Shown here: one piece after another, positions 26,855 to 38,553 of the stretch
How positions within the stretch are numbered: position 1 is the stretch's first letter
Layout: every line of letters starts with the position of its first letter
Source: a virus
Lineage: Duplodnaviria; Caudoviricetes
IMG/VR virus record: IMGVR_UViG_3300035211_000056
Coordinates: 1 to 59,880 of that record
Length of the DNA: 59,880 nucleotides
Strand: one strand, 5' to 3'
The notes under the pieces: model-generated
The model's input: the letters and a program-made list of their open reading frames with translations, nothing else
Told to the model about the DNA's origin: nothing
Database searches by the model: none
Made by a program: the position numbers and the translations under genes

Positions 26855-28498
26855 ATGGAACTCCGAGACTACCAAACAAGAATGAAAGACGAAATTAGAA
26901 CGTCATTAAGAAATAATCAGGCTGTTTTATGCAACATGAAAACAGGACTTGGCAAAACTGTTTTTGCAACTGATATAATGCGTTCTGTTTATCTCAATAA
27001 TTTATCAAGCTGGTTTGGAGTTCCGAGAAATGAGTTATTAAAGCAGACATCGAAACATCTTTTTAAATATAAAGTACCGCATAATTTTATTAATCCAAAA
27101 TCGAATGAGTCAAAGGCTTTTACTTGTCATGTTGTAAGTATCGATACTCTTTTAAGAAGATTAAAAAATAAAAAGATAAATAAATTTCCAGATTTATTCT
27201 TTTGGGACGAAGCACATTTAAGGTTACAACAGCAACTAGATATAAAAGCCATGATGCCTAATACAAAATTTATAGGATTAACAGCAACACCGGAACGAGC
27301 AGACACAAAAGGTTTATCTGAAATGTATGACGATATTATATATGGCCCGACATTTAGAGAATCTATTGAAAATGGTTATCTTACAAATTTTAAATACTTT
27401 GCAGTTCCGCTTGAAGGCTTAAACGAACTACACAGGCAAGGAACAGAGTTTGACGCTGATGAATTAAATACATTATTAGAACAAAGAAAAATATTCGGAT
27501 CAGCAATAGAGCATTACGGAGATATCGCACAAGGCAAAACATCAATTATTTTCACAAGAGATATTAAATCCGCAGAAGAAACAGCATATAGATTTAGTAA
27601 TGCCGGATTTAGATTTGAAGCCATACACGGGAAAATGAACATGAAAAAACGTAATGCTCTAACTGAAGCATTAAATAATAAAAAAATAGATGGTTTATGC
27701 TCGGCTGAAATTTTAACGTACGGATTCGACTGTCCGAAAGTAGAATGTATAATAATGCTAAGACCGACGCTGTCAAGGACTTTATATTTTCAGGTTTTAG
27801 GACGTGGAATAAGACCATATAGTTTATATAATATAGACGGTATTAATGTTGAAAATCCTTTTAATCCAGATGATAACGCAAGGTTAGTTTATAAAAAAGA
27901 AAACTGCATAGTATTAGATCATGTAAACAATATTACAATTCATGTTCCAATGACTAGCGATAATTTAATAGATAGTTTTGACGATATTGAATGGAATTTT
28001 AGAGGACGTAAAAAGAAAATAATTAATAATGATAATTCTGCTATTAAGTTAAAAATATGTACAACCTGCTTTATGTATTATGAAGGTGATGTATGTCCTA
28101 ACTGCGGAACAGCAAGAGAAATAAAAGAGCGTGGTAATTTAGAGGTTGTTGACGGTAGACTTGTCGAAATAAAAACACCTGAAATTGTAAAACTAAAAGA
28201 CAGACCACGAGAAGAAAAAAGAGATATAACAGACAGGATAAATGTTAATATAATGAATTTCAAAATGGCAGAAAAAAGAGGGGAATTTGACGAGCATAGT
28301 GTTGAACAATTATTAAATATAGCAAAAGAAGTAGGACGGCAACCATTATCTGTATACTGGCAATTATCACACTATAAGCACGCTGTAGATGTAACATTAT
28401 TATATTGCATACAAAGATTGTCGGGATACAAAAACGGATGGGCTTATTTTAAAAAGCAGGAGATAGAAAAGAGACTTGATGAGAGGAGGGCAGGGTGA
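26855..28498 (+). CDS. SF2 DEAH helicase with C-terminal zinc ribbon
   Basis: LRDYQ, TGLGKT, DEAH, GLTATP.R, GFDCP, Q.LGRG.R and CxxC..CxxC motifs. Confidence 0.9.
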   Translation: MELRDYQTRMKDEIRTSLRNNQAVLCNMKTGLGKTVFATDIMRSVYLNNLSSWFGVPRNELLKQTSKHLFKYKVPHNFINPKSNESKAFTCHVVSIDTLLRRLKNKKINKFPDLFFWDEAHLRLQQQLDIKAMMPNTKFIGLTATPERADTKGLSEMYDDIIYGPTFRESIENGYLTNFKYFAVPLEGLNELHRQGTEFDADELNTLLEQRKIFGSAIEHYGDIAQGKTSIIFTRDIKSAEETAYRFSNAGFRFEAIHGKMNMKKRNALTEALNNKKIDGLCSAEILTYGFDCPKVECIIMLRPTLSRTLYFQVLGRGIRPYSLYNIDGINVENPFNPDDNARLVYKKENCIVLDHVNNITIHVPMTSDNLIDSFDDIEWNFRGRKKKIINNDNSAIKLKICTTCFMYYEGDVCPNCGTAREIKERGNLEVVDGRLVEIKTPEIVKLKDRPREEKRDITDRINVNIMNFKMAEKRGEFDEHSVEQLLNIAKEVGRQPLSVYWQLSHYKHAVDVTLLYCIQRLSGYKNGWAYFKKQEIEKRLDERRAG

Positions 28499-28904
28499 CC
28501 AGAGCAGAATTTGAAAAATATATGAATGATAATGGAATTGAATATTTATATAACGAAGAAATATTATCTCCTACTCTTAATATATTAACACTTAAAAAGC
28601 ATAAAAATAAAATCGAAGAATTCAAATATAATTTTTTACCAGTTAACATTTTACTTAACGTTGTTTACGTTGATGATTTGTTACCTTACAAAAAACAGAA
28701 GGTGATATCATGACCCAAAAATCATACTGGTACAACGAAAGCAAAAAAACTTATGTCGAAATAATTTCTTCTGATAATGAAATAAAGACTATAACAACTA
28801 TTAACGGTCAACGTACAGAGAACACATTTACAGACTTAAAAAATCTTGTAAAGGTTTTAAAACAAAAACAGTACGAAAATTACATGGTGACTCGTGGGTT
28901 ATAA
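28495..28904 (+). CDS. Two small hypothetical proteins (28495-28713, 28710-28904)
   Basis: Overlapping stop/start coupling. Confidence 0.5.
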
Positions 28905-29244
28905 AGAAAACATAAAAATAAAAGAAATTTTATCAGAATTAAAACTTAACGAAAGACTATTCCGTGTAAATTGCGGCATGGCGTGGACCGGTAAGGTTAT
29001 TAATAAAATAAAAAACAAAATAGTTTTAGAAAATCCAAGACCTTTTTACGGTATGCCAGAGGGAACATCTGACTTAATCGGTTTTACATCAATAGAGATA
29101 ACAAAAGAAATGGTCGGTAACAAAATAGCAGTTTTCACAGCTATAGAAGTAAAAACAAAAAATGTTACAACGTCAGAAGAACAAAATAATTTCATAAAGA
29201 TGGTTCAAGATTTAGGCGGTATAGCAAAGATTGTTAAGGGGTGA
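28894..29244 (+). CDS. VRR-NUC domain nuclease
   Basis: G.SDLIG, AIEVK, EQ..F...V...GG.A motifs. Confidence 0.85.
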   Translation: MGYKENIKIKEILSELKLNERLFRVNCGMAWTGKVINKIKNKIVLENPRPFYGMPEGTSDLIGFTSIEITKEMVGNKIAVFTAIEVKTKNVTTSEEQNNFIKMVQDLGGIAKIVKG

Positions 29245-29247
29245 TTT

Positions 29248-29731
29248 ATGAAAGTATTAATTTTGTTTTTGGTTTTAGTTTTTATTGGTGTTTTTGTAAT
29301 CAAAAAACAAGAAAACGAAATATTTTCTGATTACAAAACAAAACTAGGCAAACAAGAACGTGACACAAAGATAAAATCAGCCCGGATTAGAAAGTTGATA
29401 AACATATTAATAAACGAAAAAAAAGCTGAAATTAACGACTATGCAAGACATGAAAAAATAACGCCGTTAGAAGCTTGCGAAATATTAAACAAAGACAAAT
29501 ATTTATGTGATGAATTTTATGGAGGGTGACAGAATGATTTTCAAAAGATGCAAACATGACTGGAAAGTGATTATCAACCAAAAGGAGTTGTCACAATATG
29601 AAAAAATGATGCAAAGCACAAAAAACTTCTCCGCAGAAAGGTTATCTCCTTCTTTTTTTAAGGGGAAAAGAATTATTATCCTGCAATGTGTTAAATGTGG
29701 GAAGCTAGATAAAACCATAGAGGAGTGTTAA
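29248..29731 (+). CDS. Two small proteins: membrane-anchored (29248-29529) and CxHxW..CxKCGK type (to 29731)
   Basis: N-terminal hydrophobic helix in the first; Cys/His motif in the second. Confidence 0.5.
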
Positions 29732-29853
29732 AAAAATGTACAAAGACTATGAATCAGCCTACGACTGGGAATATACAGAGGAGCAACAGGAGTACGCTGA
29801 CAGGCAGGCAGAGGCTTTAATTGATACATATCAGGAAGAAAAGGAGAAATACG

Positions 29854-30339
29854 ATGAAAACAATTAAAATAAAAATTGAATGTCCATCATGTAACGGTAC
29901 TGGATTATATCAAGGTATGGCAGAATCTAAGGATGTAGCAGTAGTATGTCGCAAGTGTAACGGTACAGGAGCCTACAACTACGAATATCATTACAATGAT
30001 TTTAAAGGTCGGAAAAAAAGAAAAGATATAAAAAGAGTCTATTTGTCAGGTAGCAGGTATAAACTAGGACTTGGAGTAATAGACTTTGACGGAATTGGTA
30101 AAGTAGACATGGATAAAGAGGGTGTAAGTTATAAAGAATTTCTCGACGGGGAAATACCAAAACCAATAAAGCAACTTGAATGTCCTATGACTCATGACCA
30201 GTCTACTTGTACCTCTGAATTTAAAGACGTATGTAATGATTTACATGGTGGTTGGCTTTCATATATACCGTCATGCAAAAACTTTAAAAACAGGCAGGAA
30301 TGCTGGAAAAGGTTTGAAAAGGAGCAAGACGATGAGTAA
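29854..30339 (+). CDS. DnaJ-type zinc-finger protein
   Basis: CPSCNGTG..CRKCNGTG; start placed behind SD AAGGAG. Confidence 0.7.
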   Translation: MKTIKIKIECPSCNGTGLYQGMAESKDVAVVCRKCNGTGAYNYEYHYNDFKGRKKRKDIKRVYLSGSRYKLGLGVIDFDGIGKVDMDKEGVSYKEFLDGEIPKPIKQLECPMTHDQSTCTSEFKDVCNDLHGGWLSYIPSCKNFKNRQECWKRFEKEQDDE

Positions 30340-33300
30340 GCTAATAAGCGTGGACAGGGTTAAGGAGATAATTCAAGAAACATGTAACGCCGAATATGAA
30401 CCTGATTACAATAACGAAACACCAGACGATTATGACATATATTTAGGATCATGGGGTGAAGAATCCGCATTACTTAATGCAATAGACGCAGAGCCAGCCC
30501 AAGAGTTTTTCTGTTCTCAGTGTGGTAAACAAATACCGACTAATATATGTAGTGATTGCTGGTATGGACAAAGAGAGTGTAAGAGGTGCAAGGAATTAGA
30601 ACAACAACTAACCGACTACTTGCACACGTCAAGTCATAAGATAAAGGACAAAAGGATTAGGGAACTTGAGGACAAGATAAAGGAGCTTGAGGGGTTGCTG
30701 AGGGAAGTATTAGAAATATTTGAAATTGATGAGGAATGCACTTTTTCAGCGGATACCTACAAGGAACTACAACGACAATTTATTAACAAAATCAAGCAAG
30801 CTTTGGAGGGGAAATAATGATTAAATTTATAAAGAAAATAATAAAAATAATTAAAGAATTTGATAGTGTTCAGCAAAGAGCCGATCATGCCGTGCATTGT
30901 TCTGAAATGGCATTAAAAAATACAGAATTAGCAAGAAAATATATAAAGAAAGCAACAACTGTAAATGCAGATTTATCACCTTTTGGACATGATCCTAATA
31001 TTATTTTTATTGCTGGCAGGTATAGAAATGTTGATTATGTTCAATGTTATTCTATTCAACACAGAGAATTTGAACACATAGTTAGCGAGTTACAATCAAT
31101 GAAAAAATTTGCAAGAATAGAAAGGATTGATGCACCAAAAGGTTTTGAAATAGCCGTTAGACAAGAATTAAAAAAAGAAAATGATTAGCGTTGGGGAGGG
31201 GAAACAATGAGATACAATCCTGTTGTGCTGGAGGTGGAGGGGTGAGTAATATACAAATAAATCAATCAAAAGGTAATAGTATCTCTGTTGATTCAAAAAA
31301 AAGAGTAGTTATTAAAAACGGAAAGGAATATCCATTTTTGAAAAAAATGAGGGGTTGGAGTCAAACAATGGTTAATGATACTGTTTATGTTGACGGTTTT
31401 AAATTAACAGAAAAAGGATGGAAAAGAACTTTTTGGTCTTTTTTACATTTAATATTTTAAAGGACGGTGACTTATGAAATGCCCGAAATGCAAAACTCCT
31501 AATTTAGAAGTAGAAAACAAGGCTGGTATACTTATAAGATATACAGATAAAAAGAAACCATATTATAAAGCTAAGTGTTCCATGTGTGGATATTTCGACA
31601 TAGAAAAAGATAAGTTTATGCGTGAGGCAAGAAAACAAAAATTGATATAAAAGGACGGTGAGTAATGAAAAAGAAAGTAAAAAGATTTATGATAAGAACT
31701 TTATGTCTTGTACCAGTTTTGGTCATTATCTTGACAGCAATAATTTTGTATTGGTTTACTGGCAAGTATGTGACAGGACACTTAAACTTTTTTAATTATA
31801 ATTTATTAGGTAACTAAGCAGGGGGTGAGAGAGTGAGAATTAAGGATTTAAAAGAGCAAATAAAAGATTATAACGACGACTTAGAGGTTTATATTAGATG
31901 CGTTCATAATCCTTGTGGAAACATAAAGGAAGCTGGTAAAGCAAATAAAGACACTTACGGTTTTTTCGGGGAAAGCATACCTTGTGTAATTATTGAACCT
32001 GAAAAATATGACGAGGACGGTGAGTGATGAAGATAGTAAAGAAAGGAGAAGGGCGATGAGTAAACTATTTAGAAAATTCCCTTGTTGTAAAACAAAATAT
32101 GTCGGCTTGGGTATATTAAGTAATTCCAAATATGGTTATATGTGGATTTATAGAAAAATAACAGGTTCTTTATATTTAAGGATTCACGGGGAGAAAAGAT
32201 GACTAAACTAGAATCACTGGCAGACAGGCCAGCTAAAAAAAGAGATATAGGAAAAAAGATATTTTATATCTCATCAGATTATAACAGACCTTATTCAATC
32301 AGGGAGTACGAAATATCAGATATACAACATAGAACTATATACAGCTACGTTGAAGAATATGACAAAATGATGTATGTAGGACACAAAGACAGTCCTGGTT
32401 TATTTTGGCAAAAGCCCGTCATAATCTCAGAATCAGAACTTACCAAACTGAGGGACTTGGTCGAGAGGGCGAAATTAATATTTGTTGTTGATAATAAATT
32501 TAACTATTGTATCGACAAAGAACAATGGCTCAAGGAAGCTAAGGAGGTACAAGATGGAAAGACTAGTAAATGATGCTGTAATTGATAGATGTGGAAAGTG
32601 CAACCATTGCTTTGATAGTTATGCTGGTGAATACGATAAACCTTTTGTAATAACACCAGAGGACTATAAACATCCAGAATGTGATAATTTACCAATGACT
32701 AACGACGGTACATTTCCAGAGGTTGATGTTAATAAATTAAGACCAGACTGCCCGTTGCATACGGTTGAGGTAATCACAGACGAAGAAACTATTGGTCTAT
32801 TTGAAGAAGCTTTTTTCTATGATGAATTTGGAGTTGATTCCATTATATTAGTAAAAAAGGATAAGGAGGTGTCGGAGTGAGTAGAATATTAGGAAAAATA
32901 TGCAATGAGTTTAATACAAGATTTATTATTGAATTAAAGCTCGAAGACCCATGTTTAAAACCTAAGTTATGTAATGAAATAATAAGTCAGTATAATTACT
33001 TACACATTAATGAAGGATTCGTGATTTCTATAGACAAACGTAGTAAAAGTTACGAAGCTTTAATCAATTATTTTAAGAAACTAGGCAGGACAAATGACAA
33101 AGAGCCAACAGCCTCAGAACTTTTTGAATGGGCTAGGGATAGATGCTATACTTGTTCAAAGTGTATTTTATACAGATCAGAAAATCTTGAAAATTCATAT
33201 ACAGGATGTTCCTTAACTCCCAAAAATTTTCAAAAAGCTATAGAGATATATAAATCAAAACAGTCTTCTTTTAAATGGCTAAATGCAGAACACACTTCTT

Positions 33301-34451
33301 TTTCACTAACAATAAATAAGGAGGCAGACAGTGAGCGAGCTTAAGAAGTTTGAATTTATAAAATGGTACAACAATGAATTTAAAGAAAAACAGCCTGATT
33401 ATGTTAAATCTTCTCAGCGTGTTGTTATGCAAAATATGTTTATAGCTTGTCAAGCAGCACATGAGCATTACGAAAAGCAATGGAACACCAGACCAGAATA
33501 TAATTCTGTTGAGTGTAACACGAAACTAGATGGCGAGTACGTTAGAAAAAGTGATGTCGAAAAAGAATTTGATATTATGTATAATAAACTAATATACACA
33601 TGTCCTAATTTTGGCTTTACACAAAAAGCTTTAGAAACATTCTTGGATTTTAAAAAACATATCAACACCCTCGAAACCCACAGCGTGCCGAGTGAGGGGT
33701 TAAAAGTTGGGGATAACATTTATGATTTAAGAGGAGATAAATATAAAATAACTTCTATTTCAATTGATTACGAATTACAAAATGACACAGGAGATTACTC
33801 TTATCATGACACCCTGTATGATTTCTGTAGAACAAAAGAGCAGGCACTAGCCGAGAGCAAGGGGGAGTGAGGGATGAGCAAAATACTATTTATCACATTT
33901 ACACTATTTATTTCAGGCTGTGGCAACTTCAGCGAATTACCAGAAGAAGACATAGAACGATGCTTTAATTATTGTAAGCGTAATGAGCAGAAAATAAGCA
34001 CTCTGGTTTGCAACGAAAACGGTGACGTAAGGTGCTATTGTGATGATAGTTTTCTTGGGTACAAAAAGGAGGGTGCAAATTGAAACAGGTGAGGTTGAAA
34101 ATAGCAGTATTCTTTGATTTTAGCAAATATGACAAGCGTAAAAGAGTATATGTCGATATTGAAACAGATGAGTATAATAACCTTACAGACGAGATACACA
34201 AAGTTTTAGAAACCAAGATAGATATATATGCAAGTAAATGTAGTCTATGGGGATTAAATGCACTAAAACCAGGCGAAACATTCGAGAGCGTGTTAGAGGC
34301 ACTCTGGGAGTATCAATTAAGTCTTATACCAAATAAATATGGAGTAGGAGTGTTTAAATTTATTTATAACGAGAACAGGGAAGCGATAGCTTGTTTCTAC
34401 GACCCTGAAACTCGAATCATAACTATCACAAGCTGGGAGGGGGAAGCATGA
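30332..34451 (+). other. Array of about 14 small coupled hypothetical ORFs, including untracked 31474-31650 (zinc ribbon) and 31665-31817 (membrane peptide), and a lipoprotein-like 33874-34083
   Basis: Each has an SD and overlapping stop/start codons; no family recognised. Confidence 0.5.
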
Positions 34452-35593
34452 AAGTATTTAATTTCGATAAAAAAATAGTAAAAAGCTGGTGTAATGAGCC
34501 GGAAGATGGAGCTATAGAACAAGCAAAGAGCTTAGCTAATTTACCATTTATTTATAAGCATGTTGCATTGATGCCTGATACGCATCAGGGATATGGTATG
34601 CCTATTGGTGGGGTAATAGCGTGCAAAGAAGTGATAATTCCTAACGCTGTAGGTGTCGATATAGGTTGCGGTATGTTGGCTGTTAGAACCAGTTTAACAA
34701 ATTTAGAAACTAATAAATTGAAATCAATAATGAATGAAATAAGAAAGCTTATACCTGTTGGATTTGAACACCAAAAAGAAGCTCAAAAAGAATCATTAAT
34801 GCCTGATGAAAGATATGCAGGTAAAATTGTAAAAGAACAATATAATTCTGCATTAAAACAACTAGGAACGCTAGGCGGTGGGAATCATTTTATAGAGATA
34901 CAAAAAGGATCGGATGGTTTTGTTTGGTTTATGTTACATTCAGGTAGTAGAAATTTAGGCAAAAAAGTAGCTGATTGGTATAATAATGAGGCTAAATGTA
35001 ATAATGATATGTATTTTTCTTCTGTTCCCAAAGAATGGGATTTAGCATTTTTGCCACTTGAAGATGCAGGAAATTATTTAGACGAAATGAGATATTGCTT
35101 AGATTTTGCTCTTGCAAATAGAAAACTTATTTCTGAAAGAGTACAAGAGGCATTTATTAATATTTTACCAGATGTATCTTTTAAAGACGAAATAAATATA
35201 CATCATAATTATTGCCGAATAGAAAACCACTTTAATCAAAACGTATGGATACACAGAAAGGGTGCTACTTCTGCGAAAAAAGGAGAATTAGGAATTATTC
35301 CGGGAAGCCAAGGAACTAAATCGTATATAGTTGAAGGATTAGGAAATCCAGACAGCTTTATGTCTTGTTCACACGGTGCTGGTCGTAAAATGGGAAGAAA
35401 ACAGGCTCAAAGAAGTCTAAACTTGTTAGAAGAACAGAAAAAATTAGACGGGATATTACACTCAGTAAGAACACAAAAAGACCTTGATGAAGCAAGTGGA
35501 GCATACAAAGATATTAGTGTAGTGATGGAAGAACAAAAAGATTTAGTAAAAATAGTTACAGAACTAACGCCACTAGGAGTTATTAAGGGATAA
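34448..35593 (+). CDS. rtcB: RtcB RNA ligase
   Basis: MPDTHQGYG.PIG, VGVDIGCG, GTLGGGNHFIE, HSGSR, HHNY, HRKGAT, SHGAGR, DEA..AYK motifs. Confidence 0.95.
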   Translation: MKVFNFDKKIVKSWCNEPEDGAIEQAKSLANLPFIYKHVALMPDTHQGYGMPIGGVIACKEVIIPNAVGVDIGCGMLAVRTSLTNLETNKLKSIMNEIRKLIPVGFEHQKEAQKESLMPDERYAGKIVKEQYNSALKQLGTLGGGNHFIEIQKGSDGFVWFMLHSGSRNLGKKVADWYNNEAKCNNDMYFSSVPKEWDLAFLPLEDAGNYLDEMRYCLDFALANRKLISERVQEAFINILPDVSFKDEINIHHNYCRIENHFNQNVWIHRKGATSAKKGELGIIPGSQGTKSYIVEGLGNPDSFMSCSHGAGRKMGRKQAQRSLNLLEEQKKLDGILHSVRTQKDLDEASGAYKDISVVMEEQKDLVKIVTELTPLGVIKG

Positions 35594-35622
35594 CAAGCCA
35601 ACCCAAGAAGGAGGGCAGGGGA

Positions 35623-36192
35623 ATGAAAGAAATATTTAACGTTTATAAAATACCAAATAAAAAAATAAGCATATTTGAAATTAGTGAATTTGAAATTAAA
35701 AACAGAAACGAAAACATGGAATTGTTAAGATTAAGTTTTTCAAGAAGGGGTATAAAACCGGGAAAATATAAAAGACTCCTAAGAGGGACTACGTTAGTTA
35801 TGAGCAATACACCAGCAGAACTCAATGATGCTTGGAATTTTATTCGACAGGCAACAGGAAATGTTTTAATTAATGGACTTGGTCTAGGGGCTGTCCTATC
35901 AGAAATTCTTAAAAAAGAAGAAGTTACCAAGGTTACGATAATTGAGAAACATAAAGAAGTTATAGAACTTGTACAACCATATATAAATGACGAGAGGGTC
36001 AATATAATTCATTGTGATTGTTTTGAATATCATCCACCCAAAAACGAACAATATGACATAGTTTGGCATGACATATGGGACTATATTTGTTCTGATAATA
36101 TACCTGAGATGAAAAAGCTACATCGTAAATATGGTAAAAGAGCTAAAAAACAATTAAGTTGGTGCAGAGAGGAATGCGAAAGGCTTCGATAA
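35623..36192 (+). CDS. Spermidine-synthase-like SAM-dependent methyltransferase fold protein
   Basis: MSNTP.E, VLINGLGLG, IEK and DIW motifs. Confidence 0.7.
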   Translation: MKEIFNVYKIPNKKISIFEISEFEIKNRNENMELLRLSFSRRGIKPGKYKRLLRGTTLVMSNTPAELNDAWNFIRQATGNVLINGLGLGAVLSEILKKEEVTKVTIIEKHKEVIELVQPYINDERVNIIHCDCFEYHPPKNEQYDIVWHDIWDYICSDNIPEMKKLHRKYGKRAKKQLSWCREECERLR

Positions 36193-36216
36193 ATATAAAA
36201 ATAAGGAGACCCAAGA

Positions 36217-36702
36217 TGAAGAATAAAATAATTGAGCTGATAGATGAACTTGAAGATGCAGTTGAAGTTTACGATTGTCACAAGCTTAATCAATTAAAAG
36301 CCAAGATACAGGACATGGAGTTTCCTTTGACGTTGGAGGAAGTGAAAGACTGCTGTAACAAAAACAATAAACTATGCCCATTAAAAAAGGGTATGTTTAA
36401 ATGTCAGATAAGCGAAGACCCTAGAGACTGGGACATTGAAGAAATAACTAAGGCGGTGAGGCATGAACATTAAGGAATTGATAAACAAATACAAGAACAT
36501 GAATCAAGCATACTTAACGAGGACAGATGTCATATACTCTTTAGAGCAGTGCCTAGCATCCTGCGAGGCTGAGGTTGAGAGGGAGATAAAGAAAAGATTA
36601 GACATAATATCTGATGAAGTTTGCTTACCAGAAGATTTTTACGTTAATCAAAATCATAGATTAGGATTAGAGCAAGCAAAGAAAATATTCGGAGGGGAGT
36701 AA
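36217..36702 (+). CDS. Two small hypothetical proteins (36217-36473, 36463-36702)
   Basis: SD-preceded coupled ORFs. Confidence 0.45.
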
Positions 36703-36720
36703 ATATTTTTTAAATTTAAT

Positions 36721-36748
36721 TTGACTTTTTATAATCGTGGTATAAAAT
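36721..36748 (+). promoter_or_regulatory. Promoter upstream of the modification operon
   Basis: TTGACT followed by TGGTATAAAAT (16-nt spacer to TAAAAT) in the only sizeable gap before 36780. Confidence 0.55.
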
Positions 36749-36779
36749 TTGAAAATAAAATATATTTTTTGGGGTATTT

Positions 36780-37076
36780 ATGAATCATGAAATTGAGATA
36801 AATAATAATACATTTATCATTCCTAACATATCTGGTTATTCCAGAGTTGCAAATCACGGGCTGAACGGTAAGCCAGGATTTTTTGTTTTCCATTCCGGCA
36901 GAGCAACACTTATTGAATTTGATGACGATAAATCAGCAAATCTTAAACGTCAGGAATTAATAACTTCTATCGGTAATTTCTGGAACAGCAATGATAAATT
37001 TAATTCCGTTAATAAAGAAACTGGATTTAATGAACAAAATAAAGGATTTTTTAATAAAAATGCCAACAGACGATAA
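36780..37076 (+). CDS. Hypothetical protein
   Basis: First ORF after the promoter. Confidence 0.5.
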   Translation: MNHEIEINNNTFIIPNISGYSRVANHGLNGKPGFFVFHSGRATLIEFDDDKSANLKRQELITSIGNFWNSNDKFNSVNKETGFNEQNKGFFNKNANRR

Positions 37077-37293
37077 AAAAATAAATAAAGAAAAAGGATT
37101 TTATATACCTGAAATACTTACACCTTCTGAAGTTGCTGAAATTCTTAAATGCGAATTAAAAACAATACACGGTTTAATGAATCAAAGGAAAATAGCTACA
37201 ATAAAAGTAGGTAAATCAAGACGTATTAAACGAAATGATTTGCAGGAATTTATTAATAAACTTGGAGTAAAAGAGGCCCTGATTGAAAAGTGA
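37060..37293 (+). CDS. Excisionase-like helix-turn-helix protein
   Basis: LTPSEVAEIL and KVGKSRRI...DL..FI motifs. Confidence 0.8.
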   Translation: MPTDDKKINKEKGFYIPEILTPSEVAEILKCELKTIHGLMNQRKIATIKVGKSRRIKRNDLQEFINKLGVKEALIEK

Positions 37294-37489
37294 AAAAGTA
37301 ATAGATATTATATTAAGCTGTGGTTTTTGTGGATATCGAATTACAGAAACAGAAAAAACTCTTTTATCTGCTGGTGATGTATTATGTCCTCGATGTTCAA
37401 AAATGAAATTATCTAATTTTAATATAAAACAAATAATAAAAGACAAAACAGAGCGCAACTTTACTATAATAAATGGTGACAAATCATGA
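37283..37489 (+). CDS. Zinc-ribbon protein
   Basis: CGFC..CPRC. Confidence 0.6.
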   Translation: MKSEKVIDIILSCGFCGYRITETEKTLLSAGDVLCPRCSKMKLSNFNIKQIIKDKTERNFTIINGDKS

Positions 37490-38553
37490 GAAAAATTAAT
37501 CTAGGCTTATACTGTTATCTTGAAAACTCCGCAGTTAGTTATTATCGCTGGTACGGTGTTATAAAAGAACTTTGCAAGGTAACTGACGATATTAATGTAA
37601 TAGAGGTTCAAGATGCTCAGTGGTGTACTTTATCAGGTTTAGACGCTGTGTTTTTAAGTAAACCATATATGAAAAATCTTAAACTAAATGATGGCAGAAC
37701 AGCCGATCACGAAGTAGTAATGAATATAATTCAAAACAATAACAAAAAACTTATTGTTGATTATGATGATCTTCTTTCTGAGATACCGGAAGATTCAAAT
37801 TTTCATAAACAAAATATCGAATATGATTATAAATCAAATTTTCTTAAATTTATTAATATGGCTGACGGTGTTATCTTTTCAACTAGATATATGTCAGACT
37901 ATTTAAAAGACAACCAACATTTAAAACATGATAACTACACTATAATAAATAATGCATTTAATGATTACATATTCGATTTAAGTTATGATAACTTTTCAAA
38001 TTATAATAAAACAATTTTATGGCGAGGCTGTTCTACGCACTTCCCTGATTTTGAAAACTACATTGATAATCTTATCGAAGTTATAAAAGACAACAAAGAT
38101 TTTACTTTTATATTTCTTGGAATATGCCCGGATAGAAGGTTACAGTCACTAAGCAATACTAAAATTATAAACAAATCTATCGACGTTATAGAATATCATT
38201 ATTACATAAAAACTATAAAGCCATCTATGGTTTTTGTTCCACTTACCGACAATCATTTTAATAGGTCAAAATCTAATTGCTCTAAGCTAGAAGCTACATT
38301 TGCCGGAGCAATTACATTAAGCCCAAGATTTGAAGAATTTGACTGGAATCATGAATCAGATATAGAATACTTCACCCCTGAGACTTTTGGATCACAAATT
38401 GATTCTGCACTTGATTTAATAAGGAAAAAAGATCCAATAATAAAACAATTATATGAATATAATGTTGATTATATAAAAGAAAAATATCTTCTGAGCAACA
38501 TAAACAAAAAACGTGCGTCATTTATAAAAGATATTGTATTAAATAGAGGGTGA
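37486..38553 (+). CDS. GT-B fold glycosyltransferase (GT4-like)
   Basis: YYR, DYDDLL, ADGV..ST..., I.N, W.G..TH..D and PL.DN.FN.SKSN...LEA motifs. Confidence 0.8.
   Translation: MRKINLGLYCYLENSAVSYYRWYGVIKELCKVTDDINVIEVQDAQWCTLSGLDAVFLSKPYMKNLKLNDGRTADHEVVMNIIQNNNKKLIVDYDDLLSEIPEDSNFHKQNIEYDYKSNFLKFINMADGVIFSTRYMSDYLKDNQHLKHDNYTIINNAFNDYIFDLSYDNFSNYNKTILWRGCSTHFPDFENYIDNLIEVIKDNKDFTFIFLGICPDRRLQSLSNTKIINKSIDVIEYHYYIKTIKPSMVFVPLTDNHFNRSKSNCSKLEATFAGAITLSPRFEEFDWNHESDIEYFTPETFGSQIDSALDLIRKKDPIIKQLYEYNVDYIKEKYLLSNINKKRASFIKDIVLNRG

Noticed and set aside
37060-37293. Evidence of an integrase/excisionase lysogeny module
   Set aside because: No tyrosine or serine recombinase was seen; this HTH family is often regulatory.
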